A stretch of DNA of 64,000 bases from an uncultured delta proteobacterium (GCA_963745035.1 CAVUVW010000014.1:1-64000); one strand, 5' to 3'. Positions 53,821-64,000 are shown, numbered from the stretch's first letter. Made by a program: numbers and translations. Notes: generated by a model not told the origin, from the letters alone.

Positions 53821-54936
53821 ATGAGCGGAGCGACTCCACAAAGCGCGCAGCAGGAAAGAAATGTAGCACAAGCCAAAGAAGCGTATACGGCGAAGGCATA
53901 TGCGGCTGGAAGTCCTACTTCCGGCGTGGCGCCATCCACCATTCGGCGCCGCATCCCGGGGCCGAAGGATGTGCAGATCGATATTTTGTTCTGCGGGGTG
54001 TGCCATTCGGATCTGCACCAGGTGCGCAACGAGTGGCAGAACGCCATGCCGACAGTTTATCCCTGCGTTCCGGGGCACGAAATCGTCGGTCGAGTGGCCA
54101 AAACGGGGAACGCCGTGTCGAAGTTCAAAACCGGCGACCTCGCCGCGGTCGGCTGCATGGTGGACTCCTGCCGCACGTGCGCGTCGTGCCGCGCCGGCGA
54201 AGAGCAGTACTGCGACAGCTTTCCCACGCTCACCTACAACGGCGAAGACAAACATCTGGGTGGCGTAACCTACGGCGGCTATTCCGAGAGCGTTGTGGTG
54301 GACGAAGCCTTTGTCCTGCGCGTCTCGGATGAATCGGATCTCGCCGGGACGGCGCCGCTGCTATGCGCCGGTATCACCACTTACTCGCCGCTCCGTCACT
54401 GGAAGGTCGGCAAAGGCCAGAAGGTCGGCATCGTGGGACTCGGCGGGCTGGGTCACATGGGCGTGAAATTCGCCAACGCCTTCGGCGCCGAGGTCGTGCT
54501 CTTCACCACCTCCGCCAACAAGATCGCGGACGGGCGGCGCCTTGGCGCGCACGAAGTGGTGGTGTCAAAAAATACCGCCGAAATGAAAAAGCATGCGCTG
54601 AGCTTTGACTTCATCCTGGACACGGTTTCAGCGCAGCACGACTTGAACGCCTATCTCGAGTTGCTGAAGCGGGACGGCACACTCACCATGGTCGGCGCGC
54701 CGGAAAAACCGCTGCCGATCGAAATCTTTGGCCTGTTGCCGAAGCGGCGGCAGATCGCCGGCTCCAGCATCGGGGGCACCCGCGAGACCCAGGAAATGCT
54801 CGATTTTTGCGCCAAGCACAAGATCAGTTCGGACGTGGAAGTGATCGGCGCCCGGCAGATCAACGAAGCCTACGAGCGCCTGCTCAAGAGCGACGTGAAA
54901 TATCGCTTCGTCATCGATGCAGCTTCGTTGAAATAA
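53821..54936 (+). CDS. zinc-binding NADP-dependent alcohol dehydrogenase (YahK/cinnamyl-ADH-like)
   Basis: CGVCHSD, GHEIVG, CxxCxxC-x7-C, PLLCAGITTYSPL, GLGGLG. Confidence 0.95.
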   Translation: MSGATPQSAQQERNVAQAKEAYTAKAYAAGSPTSGVAPSTIRRRIPGPKDVQIDILFCGVCHSDLHQVRNEWQNAMPTVYPCVPGHEIVGRVAKTGNAVSKFKTGDLAAVGCMVDSCRTCASCRAGEEQYCDSFPTLTYNGEDKHLGGVTYGGYSESVVVDEAFVLRVSDESDLAGTAPLLCAGITTYSPLRHWKVGKGQKVGIVGLGGLGHMGVKFANAFGAEVVLFTTSANKIADGRRLGAHEVVVSKNTAEMKKHALSFDFILDTVSAQHDLNAYLELLKRDGTLTMVGAPEKPLPIEIFGLLPKRRQIAGSSIGGTRETQEMLDFCAKHKISSDVEVIGARQINEAYERLLKSDVKYRFVIDAASLK

Positions 54937-55231
54937 CCGGCGAACTCGAAACACTTCGACAAGCCCGGCACTGCGGACTTGTGTTCAAACGGTTTTTTCC
55001 TGCGAGATAAGAAAGGATCCCAGAAGGATCCAGGTAAAGTCTTGCGTTAACACATCGTGACGTGAGTAGACCGTATCTTCGACGGTTAAATTGTCGGTAA
55101 TCACGACGTCACTTTGACAGGTCGAAGGCTTCGTTCGCTTCCGACAGGAACTTTTGGACTTCTTCACGGCTTTTGCGGTCGGCGGAATCTTCGCAGGAGC
55201 ACGGCAGTAGGGCGTGGACGTGAGGTTAACG

Positions 55232-55441
55232 CTTGTGTTGCGACAATAGAATAATTTGACCACCTTAGAACGGTATCTTAATCACTCCGCTCGTTCGTCA
55301 GTGCAACAGGGAGAATCTCACACTAGAGGTTGTAGAATCTCTTGGCGTTGCGCCGAGTATCATGGCTTTGTGCTTTCGTTGATATCCTTCCGTTCGAGAA
55401 TTTCATTGATCTCATGCAATGCGTCTTCCATCGCGATTTCG
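55232..55441 (-). pseudogene. 3'-terminal fragment of an amidohydrolase-2-like gene plus its downstream flank (copy A)
   Basis: EIAMEDALHEINEILERKDI...AMILG.NAKRFYNL* (stop 55323-55325); aligns with 60187-60397. Confidence 0.8.
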
Positions 55442-55671
55442 AATTCGCGGGGTCGGAAAAAGGGACGCGAACCTTTTCTTGACGAATTGGCTTTGATATA
55501 GCGTGCCGCGATGCCTCGACGAGCGCGCATTGCTCCGGGTGAGCTGGAATCGCGCGACCGGACGAGCCGAACTTTTCAAAACCGGCGACGCAACGAATCG
55601 GCATGAAACCCGAACCTGAAAATGAACCGCAAAATGTGTTTGGACGACACGGACAGCCTGCGGAGGTCAAG

Positions 55672-56712
55672 ATGAAACGCCTCAGCCGTTGGCGTGTATT
55701 CGTTTTTGCCGGGCTGGTTCTTTTCCCCAGCGACGGCAGCACGCAGGCCCCTTATTACGCGGGGAAAACCATTACCGTCATCGAAGGAAACAGCGCGGGA
55801 GGTATCGCTGACTTAAGAACCAAATCTATCATGCAGTTTTTGCAAAAGTACATTCCCGGAAATCCGACGATCGTTACCCAATATGTTCCGGGAGGAGGGG
55901 GCCGACAGGCGGCCAATCAGGTCTATCGCGCAGCCGCGGACGGACTGACGATCGGCGCCACCTCGCCGGGCGTGCTCTCGAGCGCCGTGCTCGGCGAAAC
56001 CGGTGTCGAATACGACCCTTACAAGTTCATCTATCTCGGGTCGCCTTTCAGCGAGAACATCAATATGTTCGCGACCCGAAAAGCTCTCGGCATCAACAGC
56101 CTGGAAAAATTGCGCGCTGCTTCGGGGATCCGCATCGGCGCCCAATCGGTGGGACACGTACAGTACATTCGCGGACGGCTGTTCGCCTGGCTCTTGGATA
56201 TCAAAGATCCGCGATTTGTCGTGGGCTACTCAGGAGCCGAGTTGGATATAGCTTTGGAGCGAGGGGAAGTCGACGCGCGAGCGGCAACACTGGACATGCG
56301 GGCGCTGACGGAGTCCTACCAAAATCTCGTCGATTTCCATGTCATTCTGGAGAATCCCAAAGGACAGCGTCCCCCTCAATTTGCCCATTTGCCTGAAATC
56401 GAATCCTTCGTGCGCTCCGGCATCGAGAGTCGACTCATGGCCCTGGCGCGGACTTTTTGGGGCGTCGGAACGCTCAAGTATCTGCCGCCGGGCACACCGA
56501 ACAAACTCGCCGAGATCCTCAGGCAAGCCGTTCGCGATACTTTCAAAGATCGCCAATTTCACGAACAGTATAAAAAAGTTATTGGAGTCTATCCGACGCC
56601 GCTGATGGGTGAGGAGCAGCAGAAACTTGTTGCGGCGCTGCCGCGGGATAACGAGGTCATCAAGGTTTTTAAAACCATCTCTGGAATAGATCCCCTTCCG
56701 CCCCGCAAGTAA
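55672..56712 (+). CDS. TctC/Bug-like extracytoplasmic solute receptor
   Basis: YYAGKTITVI, GG.AD, IPGNPTIV...PGGGG, ADGLTIG, GYSG.E..IALERGEVD; GGAGG RBS. Confidence 0.85.
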   Translation: MKRLSRWRVFVFAGLVLFPSDGSTQAPYYAGKTITVIEGNSAGGIADLRTKSIMQFLQKYIPGNPTIVTQYVPGGGGRQAANQVYRAAADGLTIGATSPGVLSSAVLGETGVEYDPYKFIYLGSPFSENINMFATRKALGINSLEKLRAASGIRIGAQSVGHVQYIRGRLFAWLLDIKDPRFVVGYSGAELDIALERGEVDARAATLDMRALTESYQNLVDFHVILENPKGQRPPQFAHLPEIESFVRSGIESRLMALARTFWGVGTLKYLPPGTPNKLAEILRQAVRDTFKDRQFHEQYKKVIGVYPTPLMGEEQQKLVAALPRDNEVIKVFKTISGIDPLPPRK

Positions 56713-56882
56713 ATGAAATGAACCGTCGTTGCGGGCGGGGGGCCGACGCGAACACGCGCCGCCTTCTTGTCGCTCGTTCAACCGTTCAAACCATTACAAA
56801 TAGGCATCAGGCGTTAGGCAACAGGCAACAGTAGGAGGCGGTCGGCGGCGGGGAGCGGAGGATGCAACTCGCCGGCGGCCAT

Positions 56883-57020
56883 ACTTGCAGCACCTGGTGG
56901 AAGCCTTTCATGTCGATTTCCGCCTGTTTGGGCACGACGCCGCGGTCCGGGTCGAAGTAGAGGGAAAAGTCTGCCGCGCGATCGCTTGGCTCGACCCCGT
57001 GGTATCGACGACCATTTTAC
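56883..57020 (-). pseudogene. probable C-terminal remnant of a solute-binding protein gene
   Basis: VDTTGSSQAIARQT then, after a frame change, LYFDPDRGVVPKQAEIDMKGFHQVL, resembling NMT1-type C-termini. Confidence 0.4.
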
Positions 57021-57079
57021 CCGCGCGATCTTTAACAGCGGAGTCTCGCGTTCGTAGAACGTACCACTGCGGGCAATTA

Positions 57080-57406
57080 TTAGTAGTCGGGCCGGTCATA
57101 TGCGCGGCATGGCCCCAGTACCGTCATCGCGATGATGACGCGCCGCACATCGCGCTTGTTTCTGAACAGTCTATTTCCGCGGTGATGACTCCTCGATCGC
57201 TGGACTGGAGTCGCTGGCGCTTCGGGCAGGCGCTCACGGCTGATGACAGATGGCGGTGCTGGCGGCGCTGCTTGCCGGCGCATGCCCATATCTGGAATGC
57301 GACCGGAACTGGACGGTGGAGGTTGATAGCGCCGGCGCATGCGCTCGAGGGCGTAGTTCGCCAGCGGGATCAAAATGAAAATCAGCAGGAGAATAATCAC
57401 TTCCAT
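57080..57406 (-). CDS. small single-TM protein, third gene of the nfeD-floA operon (YqfB-like position)
   Basis: N-terminal TM, Pro-rich linker, terminal 'RRVIIAMTVLGPCRA'. Confidence 0.7.
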   Translation of the reverse strand: MEVIILLLIFILIPLANYALERMRRRYQPPPSSSGRIPDMGMRRQAAPPAPPSVISRERLPEAPATPVQRSRSHHRGNRLFRNKRDVRRVIIAMTVLGPCRAYDRPDY

Positions 57407-57418
57407 AAAAGAGCGTCC

Positions 57419-58402
57419 TCAGCGTCTTTGCCCGGACGCTGGATCTTCGCCGCTTTCGGCGATGGAATCGCGCATCGAAGTATCGGCCTGTACATTCTTC
57501 ATACGATAATAATCCATGATGCCAAGATTACCTTGCCGAAACGCTTCCGACATCGCTCGCGGCACCTCGGCCTCGGCTTCAACGACGCGAGCCCGCATCT
57601 CCTGTTCCAACGCCACCGCCATCGCGCGGCGTTCCTCCGCCTTGGCTTGGGCAATCTGCTTATCGGCGTTGGCCTGATCGATTTGCAGCTTGGCGCCGAT
57701 GTTCTCGCCCACATCCACATCGGCGATATCGATGGAAAGAATCTCGTAAGCGGTGCCAGCGTCCAACCCTTTGGTCAAAACGTGCTTGGAAATATGGTCG
57801 GGATTCTCGAGCACGTCCTTGTGCGACGCCGAGGAACCGATCGTGCTTACCATGCCTTCGCCGACACGCGCGATGATCGTCTCCTCACCAGCGCCCCCGA
57901 CCAGCCGGTCAATATTGGTGCGCACGGTGACCCGGGAAACTGCGATGAGCTGAATGCCGTCTTTCGCCACAGCGGCGATCTTCGGCGTTTCAATCACCTT
58001 CGGAATAACCGACATTTTAACCGCCTCCAAAACATCGCGACCGGCTAGATCGATGGCAGCGGCGCGCTTGAACGGCAACGGAATGTTCGCTTTATCCGCT
58101 GAGATCATGGCATGGACGAGCCGCACGACGTTGCCGCCCGCCAGGTAATGCGCTTCGAGATCATTGAGCGAAATATCCAAACCCGCCTTGACCGCGCTAA
58201 TGCGCGCGGTGATGACAGTGCCGGGAGGCACCCGTCTGAAGCGCATCCCGATAAGAGTCAACAGTCCGACATAGGCGCCGGATGCCCATGCCGCGATCCA
58301 CAACGGGAGCGGAACCAGGTACAGGACAAACACAAGGCCGACAACGAGCAGCAGCAAGATCGCAATGCCGCCGGCGAGACCGGTTTCAAATCCACCCATC
58401 AT
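57419..58402 (-). CDS. floA: flotillin-like protein FloA (YqfA)
   Basis: [54 protein letters not shown]. Confidence 0.95.
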   Translation of the reverse strand: MMGGFETGLAGGIAILLLLVVGLVFVLYLVPLPLWIAAWASGAYVGLLTLIGMRFRRVPPGTVITARISAVKAGLDISLNDLEAHYLAGGNVVRLVHAMISADKANIPLPFKRAAAIDLAGRDVLEAVKMSVIPKVIETPKIAAVAKDGIQLIAVSRVTVRTNIDRLVGGAGEETIIARVGEGMVSTIGSSASHKDVLENPDHISKHVLTKGLDAGTAYEILSIDIADVDVGENIGAKLQIDQANADKQIAQAKAEERRAMAVALEQEMRARVVEAEAEVPRAMSEAFRQGNLGIMDYYRMKNVQADTSMRDSIAESGEDPASGQRR

Positions 58403-58418
58403 TCAGCTCCTTTCCAGT

Positions 58419-59867
58419 TCATGTGCGCTGGCGGCGCACGACAATTCGATTGCCGTCGACGCGGCTTACCGTGACCGCCACGCCGCTGTCGATGAATTCA
58501 CCGTCGGAAACCACGTCCACGCGTTGGGCCTCGATGTCGGCAATGCCGGCTGGCCGCAACGGCGTTAGCGTCGTGCCGCTCTTGCCGAGCAAATGCCGGT
58601 CTTCCTCGGGCGCCGACGCATACCCGGCACCAGGGGCAAGCCCCGTATCGAGAATCAACCGCCGCCCGAACGGCAGGCGCGGCAAAAATTTCAGCAAGAG
58701 CAGACTCACCGCGACCGCGAACAAAAGCGAAAAAACCACCTGACCCACGGCCCTCAAAATAAACTCCCAGCTCGCGCCGCCGCCAACAAGGCTCAAGCTC
58801 AGGCCCGCCAAGAGCGCGCCGATGCCGAGCACTCCGGCGATGCCGAAGCCCGGAATCACGAAAATTTCCAGAATCAAGAGCACGAGCCCCGAGGTGAAAA
58901 GTAGCAGCTCCTCCCAGCCCGCCAGCTGGACCAGCCAGTGACCCCAGAAAAACAATGCTAGACTGGCGATGCCCAAACCGCCGGGTACGCCGAACCCCGG
59001 CGTACGTATCTCGATGATGATGCCGAGCATGCCGACCGTCATGAGCAAAGAGCCGACAATCGGATGGGTTATAAAACGCACCAACTCTTCGGCCCAATTC
59101 GGCGTGAGTCGTCGCACTTCCGCTCCCTCGAGATCGAGCTGTTTAAGCACGGCCTCGATCGAGTTGCCGCGAAAATCCGCGATCTTGTGCTTGAGAGCTT
59201 CGTCGGTGGTGAGCGTCAGCAGCTTGCCTTTCTGAACGAGACCTTTGATTTCGATGTCCGCATCGACCATCGCCTCGGCAATCAGCGGCGGGCGCTTGCG
59301 CGCTTCCGCCGTGGCGCGAAACTCTTTGCGCACGTAGGAGACCGTTTTCTCGGACACCGCCTCCGGCGCGCCGCCCTGTCCCATCTGCACCGGAGTCGCC
59401 GCGCCAATCGTGCCGCCGTCGGCCATGGCGATTCGTTCAGCCGCGAGGCTGATCAGCGCACCCGCGGAGATGGCTCGTTTGTTGATGAAGGCAGCGGTTT
59501 TTACTTTAGCGTTGAGCAAGGCATCGCGAATCAGCACCGCCGCATCGACCCGGCCGCCGAATGTATTGATTTCTAGAATCACAGCAGCGGCGCCGGTAGC
59601 GACAGCCTCATCCAATACGCGCTGCACGAAAGGCGCGAGGCCGAGGTCGATCATGCCCTCGATGGGTGCGACAAACACCACCTTGGCGGATTGCGCCGAG
59701 AGGATTCGTTCCGGCTGGACGAGCGCAAGAGAACCGAACGTAAGGCTCAACAAGCCAGCACTCAATAACCCGCGGCTGATCTTGGCCCGCGTGCAAGCAA
59801 GCCTTGCAGCCAAGCGACAGCCGAAATCCTGCCGCAGCGCGTCTGTAAAAGATCGATAGTTCACCAT
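58419..59867 (-). CDS. NfeD family membrane-bound serine protease (YqeZ-like)
   Basis: INTFGG.VD, AISAGALI, IGAATPV, TPGFG, LRPAG, VDVVSDGEFI; start uncertain. Confidence 0.9.
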   Translation of the reverse strand: MVNYRSFTDALRQDFGCRLAARLACTRAKISRGLLSAGLLSLTFGSLALVQPERILSAQSAKVVFVAPIEGMIDLGLAPFVQRVLDEAVATGAAAVILEINTFGGRVDAAVLIRDALLNAKVKTAAFINKRAISAGALISLAAERIAMADGGTIGAATPVQMGQGGAPEAVSEKTVSYVRKEFRATAEARKRPPLIAEAMVDADIEIKGLVQKGKLLTLTTDEALKHKIADFRGNSIEAVLKQLDLEGAEVRRLTPNWAEELVRFITHPIVGSLLMTVGMLGIIIEIRTPGFGVPGGLGIASLALFFWGHWLVQLAGWEELLLFTSGLVLLILEIFVIPGFGIAGVLGIGALLAGLSLSLVGGGASWEFILRAVGQVVFSLLFAVAVSLLLLKFLPRLPFGRRLILDTGLAPGAGYASAPEEDRHLLGKSGTTLTPLRPAGIADIEAQRVDVVSDGEFIDSGVAVTVSRVDGNRIVVRRQRT

Positions 59868-60110
59868 GGACTCGCCACGAAGCCGCATCGCGATACTCGA
59901 CAACGTAAGCAGTTGCCTCCCGGCACGGGCTTGAATGCAGTCACATTTATGGCTGCGGCACAGCTAAGCCATTTTTTTTCCGGCGGCAATGGGGCCCGCT
60001 TTAGTGCCGAAAGTCATATAACATTTGGATGCCATGCGATAGAGAGGCAAGTTTTTCTCGACTGATCGGATAGCTGATGAAATTTTGTGAGGCTGTCGTT
60101 TAGCCAGAAA

Positions 60111-60200
60111 GGGGGTCGAACTCGGGTCAGGCTTGCATAGATGAATTAACTGCAGGAACTCGGGTCGACAGCCACAGGGTCAGGTCTTGCGTTGCGACAA
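60111..60200 (+). repeat. cluster of GGGTC/GGGTCAGGTCTTGC REP-like motifs
   Basis: gggggtcgaactcgggtcaggcttgca, gaactcgggtc, gggtcaggtcttgcgttgcgacaa. Confidence 0.65.
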
Positions 60201-60276
60201 CGTACTTATTTGATCGCCTGACAACGGTTTCTAATCGTTCCGCTCGCATCTTCAGTGCAACAGGGAGAACCTCACA

Positions 60277-60460
60277 CTAGAGGTTGTAGAATCTCTTGGC
60301 GTTTTCTCCGAGTATCATGGCTTTGTGCTTATCATTGATATCTTTCCGCTCGAGAATGTCATTGATTTCATGCAATGCGTCTTCCATGGCGATTTCGTGT
60401 GGAAACTCCGACGCAAACACCCAGCCTGCGGACCGATCCGGTCGATGACGGTGAACGCAG
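60277..60460 (-). pseudogene. 3'-terminal fragment of an amidohydrolase-2-like gene (copy B)
   Basis: VIDRIGPQ/WVFASEFPHEIAMEDALHEINDILERKDINDKHKAMILGENAKRFYNL*. Confidence 0.8.
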
Positions 60461-60489
60461 GGACGACGTGATCGTGATCGGCCGTGCTT

Positions 60490-61395
60490 CTAGCGGTGAA
60501 CCGCTTGGTCGAAGGAAACACCCGCTTCCGGCGGGACGTCGAAAAGCTCCCGCGCGTGCATCCAGGCCTGTGTCTTTTCGAACATTTCTCGTGTGTAAGG
60601 CTGCGGCACGACCCGTTCGCCGACCCCGAATCGCCGAACATCGACCTGGTCACGAAACCGCTCGGGAATCTCGTTGATGAAGTAGCGTTTGTACCGCTCC
60701 GGTTCGACGTCGATATCCGCTTGCGCCTTGACGAGGGCGCGCATGTAGCGTTCGACGTCTACCGAATCCACATCGCGATGAAACATGAAGGCCATCATGA
60801 ACGTCGTCGAGACGATTCTCCGAAAGCCGTGCTGTTCCAAAAGGTATAATTGCGGTCCCCAGACGTTTACCGCCGGTATCTTCCGCGCTAAAGCTGCATC
60901 GACGCGCGACCAGGAAGAGCCGACAAATTTGAGAGAGATGTCTTCGCGCGCCAGAAACACCTCGAGCGCCTGCAGCGCGGAGTAATGACTGCCCGAATGG
61001 TATCCGACCGCGACGTCCGTGCGCGCGAGATCAGCGGGCAAGAAAACTCTCGAATCGCCCGGCACGACGATGGCCGCCTCACAGACGCTATAAGCCTTGC
61101 CCCACATAATCCCTTCTTCCACCTTCGCCGACTGGTTTACCGTCCAATGACAGGCACAACTTACATCGCCCGCGTCTTCTCCTTTGCGACCGTGCCCTTC
61201 CGCGTACCGTTCGAACGCGCCAAAGCGATTATCGTCGAGCGCGGCGGGCGAATCCACGGTCGCGAGCCGGGGCGTGTTCTTGCGGCTTCCTTCCACATTG
61301 AGCTCGTAGTCTAGACCTTCCGCGGCAAAATAGCCTTTTTCTTCGGCGACCCAATCGTTGAGCCTGCCGTGCGGCTGAATGATGAATTTCGCCAT
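60490..61395 (-). CDS. binding-protein-fold (NMT1-like) protein lacking a signal peptide, with CxCH motif
   Basis: WVAEEKGYFAAEGLDY, DVSCACHW, VGYHSGSHY; start MAKFIIQ with GGAG RBS. Confidence 0.8.
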   Translation of the reverse strand: MAKFIIQPHGRLNDWVAEEKGYFAAEGLDYELNVEGSRKNTPRLATVDSPAALDDNRFGAFERYAEGHGRKGEDAGDVSCACHWTVNQSAKVEEGIMWGKAYSVCEAAIVVPGDSRVFLPADLARTDVAVGYHSGSHYSALQALEVFLAREDISLKFVGSSWSRVDAALARKIPAVNVWGPQLYLLEQHGFRRIVSTTFMMAFMFHRDVDSVDVERYMRALVKAQADIDVEPERYKRYFINEIPERFRDQVDVRRFGVGERVVPQPYTREMFEKTQAWMHARELFDVPPEAGVSFDQAVHR

Positions 61396-61533
61396 ATATT
61401 TCTCCCCCGTCAGTGTTTTCTCTGCTCCAGTTTTAAAGTTCGTCTCTACCCCATAGAACCTGCGCGGGTTATCGTCGAGGATACTGTGGCCAAAAGAAGG
61501 CACCTTCGGGGTCAAGTTTTCTAATATCGCGAT

Positions 61534-62502
61534 TCAGTACCGTTCCTTGCGTAGCTCATCGATGAACGTGCCGTCATAAAAACTCTCCGGCTTGAACTTG
61601 GCCACGGCGGGGTTTCTCTTGCGTTCGACGTCCAGGATAAACTCGATCGCCGCGCGGTCGGGCGCGAGGGTCTGGCTGAGTCTCGGCAGGATGATTTTCT
61701 TATGATATTCGCGCAGAAAGCCCGTGTCGTTGATCTTGGTGTATCGCGCCAAGATCTTCAGCGTCGCGTCTTCGTTCGCGAACATGAATCTGACCGCGTC
61801 CAGGTGCGCCTTGACGACCCGTTTTACGACCGCGGGGCTTTGGCGGATGTAGGCGCGCGTCGTCGTCAAGCTCGCTAACGGAAACAACAGCTCGTTGGAA
61901 TAATCCAGAACCTGATTGAATCCCAAAGACATGGCTCTGAGGCTCGTCGGCGCCTGCAGCAAGATCGACTCGATGACGCCGGCTTGGAGAGCGGCCAACC
62001 GGCCCGAATCGGGAACCAGCATCTGGACGATGCGCACGTCCTTGTCGGGAATGAGGCCGTGCTTTTCCAAAACGATGCGCGAGGCGAAGTCGGGCCCGCC
62101 GCCGAATTGGCCGATGCCGAGCCGCTTGCCGCGCAGCTGCTTGACGTCGGTGATCTCTTTCGTCGAGAAGAGCGCGTAGTCGGTCTTGCTGCCGAAGTAG
62201 GCTACATAGGTGAGGTCCCCGCCGGCGGCGTTGGCTTGCAACAGCGCCGCCATGCTCGAGAGCCCCATCTGCAGCTCGCCGGCGAACATGGCCTGGCTGA
62301 TGACTCGGCCGCCGACGATGAAGAGAACCTGCGCGTCGATATCGTGCTTCTTGAAAAATCCCGCTTCCTTGGCGACCCAGAGCGGCGCCTGCAGCCCGCT
62401 GAGCGCGCTGTAGGCGAAGTTGACCTTGTCCGCCGCGGCGCAGGGTCGAGAAAGTGCGCCGAGTATGACCATCAGAAGCAAACTCCATCGGATGCGTATC
62501 AT
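61534..62502 (-). CDS. ABC-type substrate-binding protein, NMT1/THI5/SsuA-like
   Basis: PLWVAKEAGFFKKHDID, QLRGKRLGI; signal peptide. Confidence 0.85.
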   Translation of the reverse strand: MIRIRWSLLLMVILGALSRPCAAADKVNFAYSALSGLQAPLWVAKEAGFFKKHDIDAQVLFIVGGRVISQAMFAGELQMGLSSMAALLQANAAGGDLTYVAYFGSKTDYALFSTKEITDVKQLRGKRLGIGQFGGGPDFASRIVLEKHGLIPDKDVRIVQMLVPDSGRLAALQAGVIESILLQAPTSLRAMSLGFNQVLDYSNELLFPLASLTTTRAYIRQSPAVVKRVVKAHLDAVRFMFANEDATLKILARYTKINDTGFLREYHKKIILPRLSQTLAPDRAAIEFILDVERKRNPAVAKFKPESFYDGTFIDELRKERY

Positions 62503-62739
62503 TCTCAGATGCTCCTTAGCGACGTTCTTCGACGTACCCTTATCGACCTTGCGCTCTCCAAAATCAACATTTCTGCTTTCTTCAACGCGTTGCGCCTGCG
62601 GCCTCGCGCCGGTGGGCAGCGGCTATGACGCCGGCGTCCATTTACAGTTAGCTGGCGCTGCTGCTAGTCATCCTGGAACAACAGTTCCCCGTCATGATCG
62701 GCAATCACAATTGAATGCAAGAAAACGAGGTCGCGACGA

Positions 62740-63756
62740 ATGGAGAGTTCTGCTTTAAGCAGCGCGTTGAAATGGACGCGCGTGATGTTCGCAGTGGTTT
62801 TTACGTGCTTTGGTTCTGTCGTTTTTCTTTCTGAGAGCCGGGCGCAGCCGGTGAAGCTCAACGTCAGCTATACCGGCGTGGGGCCGGTCAATCTCCCGGT
62901 GGTTTTAGCGAAGGAGGCCGGGATATTTGCCAGGAACGGTCTCGACGTCACCGTGATTCGCGCTCAGGCCGCGGTGTCGACGATGGCACTCATTTCAGGG
63001 GAAGTGGGATTGATTCAAGCGGCGGCGCCGGCGGTTTTGCAAAGCAATCTCGGCGGCTCGGGAGCGGTCTATGTGGCGGGCGGCTACACCGGGCTCGATT
63101 ACTGGCTGGTGGGTCATCCGAGCATCAAGTCGGCGGAACAGCTCAAGGGCGCGATCATCGGCGCCGCGGGTCTTTCCGGCGGCTCTTACACTGCGACGCA
63201 ATTGGCCGTGAGAAAGCTCGGGCTCAATCCTGCAAAAGATGTTTCCATTCTCGCGGTGGGCGGAACGCCGGAGCGCCTGGCGGCGCTGCGCACCGGGCGG
63301 GTGCAGGCGACGTCGCTCAACCCGCCGACGATCTTTGCCGCTGAGAAGGAGGGCTTCAGGATCTTGGCGGACGTGAGCGCGCTGCCGTTTCAAAACGTCG
63401 CGCCGGTAACGACCCGGCGCTTCATCAAGGAGCATCCAGACATCGTGCGCCGCTACGTGAAGTCGCAAGTGGAAGCGGTGCACATGATGAAGCGGGACAG
63501 AAAAACCGGCATGAAAGTCTTCATGCAGCTCATGGGTGGGTTCAAGGACACCGCCGTGCTCGAGAAAAGCTATGATGTGTCGATCACCGACGATAAGCTG
63601 CAGCGCAATCAATATCCTTCTTTAGAAGGGATTAAAGCGGTTTTGGAGTCGCTCGGCGACAGAGCCAAAGAGGCGCGTCCCACGGACTTCGTCGAGTTGC
63701 GCTTCATCAAGGAGCTCGAAGAAAACGGATTCATCCAAGCGCTTTATAAGCAGTGA
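62740..63756 (+). CDS. ABC-type substrate-binding protein, NMT1/THI5/SsuA-like
   Basis: LAKEAGIFARNGLDV, QLKG, ERLAALRTGRVQA; signal peptide. Confidence 0.85.
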   Translation: MESSALSSALKWTRVMFAVVFTCFGSVVFLSESRAQPVKLNVSYTGVGPVNLPVVLAKEAGIFARNGLDVTVIRAQAAVSTMALISGEVGLIQAAAPAVLQSNLGGSGAVYVAGGYTGLDYWLVGHPSIKSAEQLKGAIIGAAGLSGGSYTATQLAVRKLGLNPAKDVSILAVGGTPERLAALRTGRVQATSLNPPTIFAAEKEGFRILADVSALPFQNVAPVTTRRFIKEHPDIVRRYVKSQVEAVHMMKRDRKTGMKVFMQLMGGFKDTAVLEKSYDVSITDDKLQRNQYPSLEGIKAVLESLGDRAKEARPTDFVELRFIKELEENGFIQALYKQ

Positions 63757-63799
63757 GGGCTCAATCGGCCGTTCCAATCGTTACAGGCAGGGGCGAGCA

Positions 63800-63837
63800 G
63801 GGGCAGGTCTTGCAATGCGACAAAAGGGTCGGGACCA
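63800..63837 (+). repeat. GGGTCAGGTCTTGCA-type REP-like motif
   Basis: ggggcaggtcttgcaatgcgacaa matches 60177-60200. Confidence 0.65.
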
Positions 63838-64000
63838 CGTCCAGAGATTTAGCCCTCGACGGAAATCGGGGGCAGATTTGGCGGATTACAAAGATACCAA
63901 ATCCGCGATTTCCTGATTCGCAGGCCGAGAGCAAACTTCTTCTGCCGGTCCACTCTGGAGCAGCTTACCTCGACTCAAAACCGCGATGTGCTTGGCGAGC

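Noticed and set aside
56885-58048. 387 aa plus-strand ORF
   Set aside because: Antisense to floA and its downstream gene; no motifs

Overview
GC-rich bacterial chromosomal window (about 55-60% GC by eye) with about 50 genes, mostly metabolic or transport, and no rRNA, tRNA, CRISPR, integrase or transposase that I could recognise. The many stand-alone NMT1/THI5-, PhnD- and TctC-type solute-binding proteins, amidohydrolases and short intergenic repeats resemble Candidatus Binatia/'Deltaproteobacteria' MAGs (inference only). The most interesting locus is a minus-strand cluster at 41.6-53.5 kb: tandem-domain ABC binding protein, a STAS protein fused to an alpha-acetolactate-decarboxylase-like HxH domain, ABC permease and ATPase, a GAF-PP2C(SpoIIE)-RsbW-kinase protein, and two NCS2 permeases with altered substrate-site residues and a degenerate RsbW-like C-terminal domain. 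Together these suggest a partner-switching circuit that controls transport, with no sigma factor in the cluster. A second pattern is that duplicated, mostly 3'-terminal gene fragments repeatedly bracket blocks of cargo genes, sometimes next to a GGGTCAGGTCTTGC REP-like motif. Also present: a lone PaaA/BoxB-like di-iron gene with a BzdR/BoxR-type regulator and palindromic operator, a Tgt-MnmC-like methyltransferase fusion, a sigma54-driven nitrilase operon, a nuclease-helicase (DUF2075) and nfeD-floA. Many genes carry single-base frameshifts, often in homopolymers, so some 'pseudogenes' may be sequencing errors. All assignments are by eye from motifs; no searches were run.
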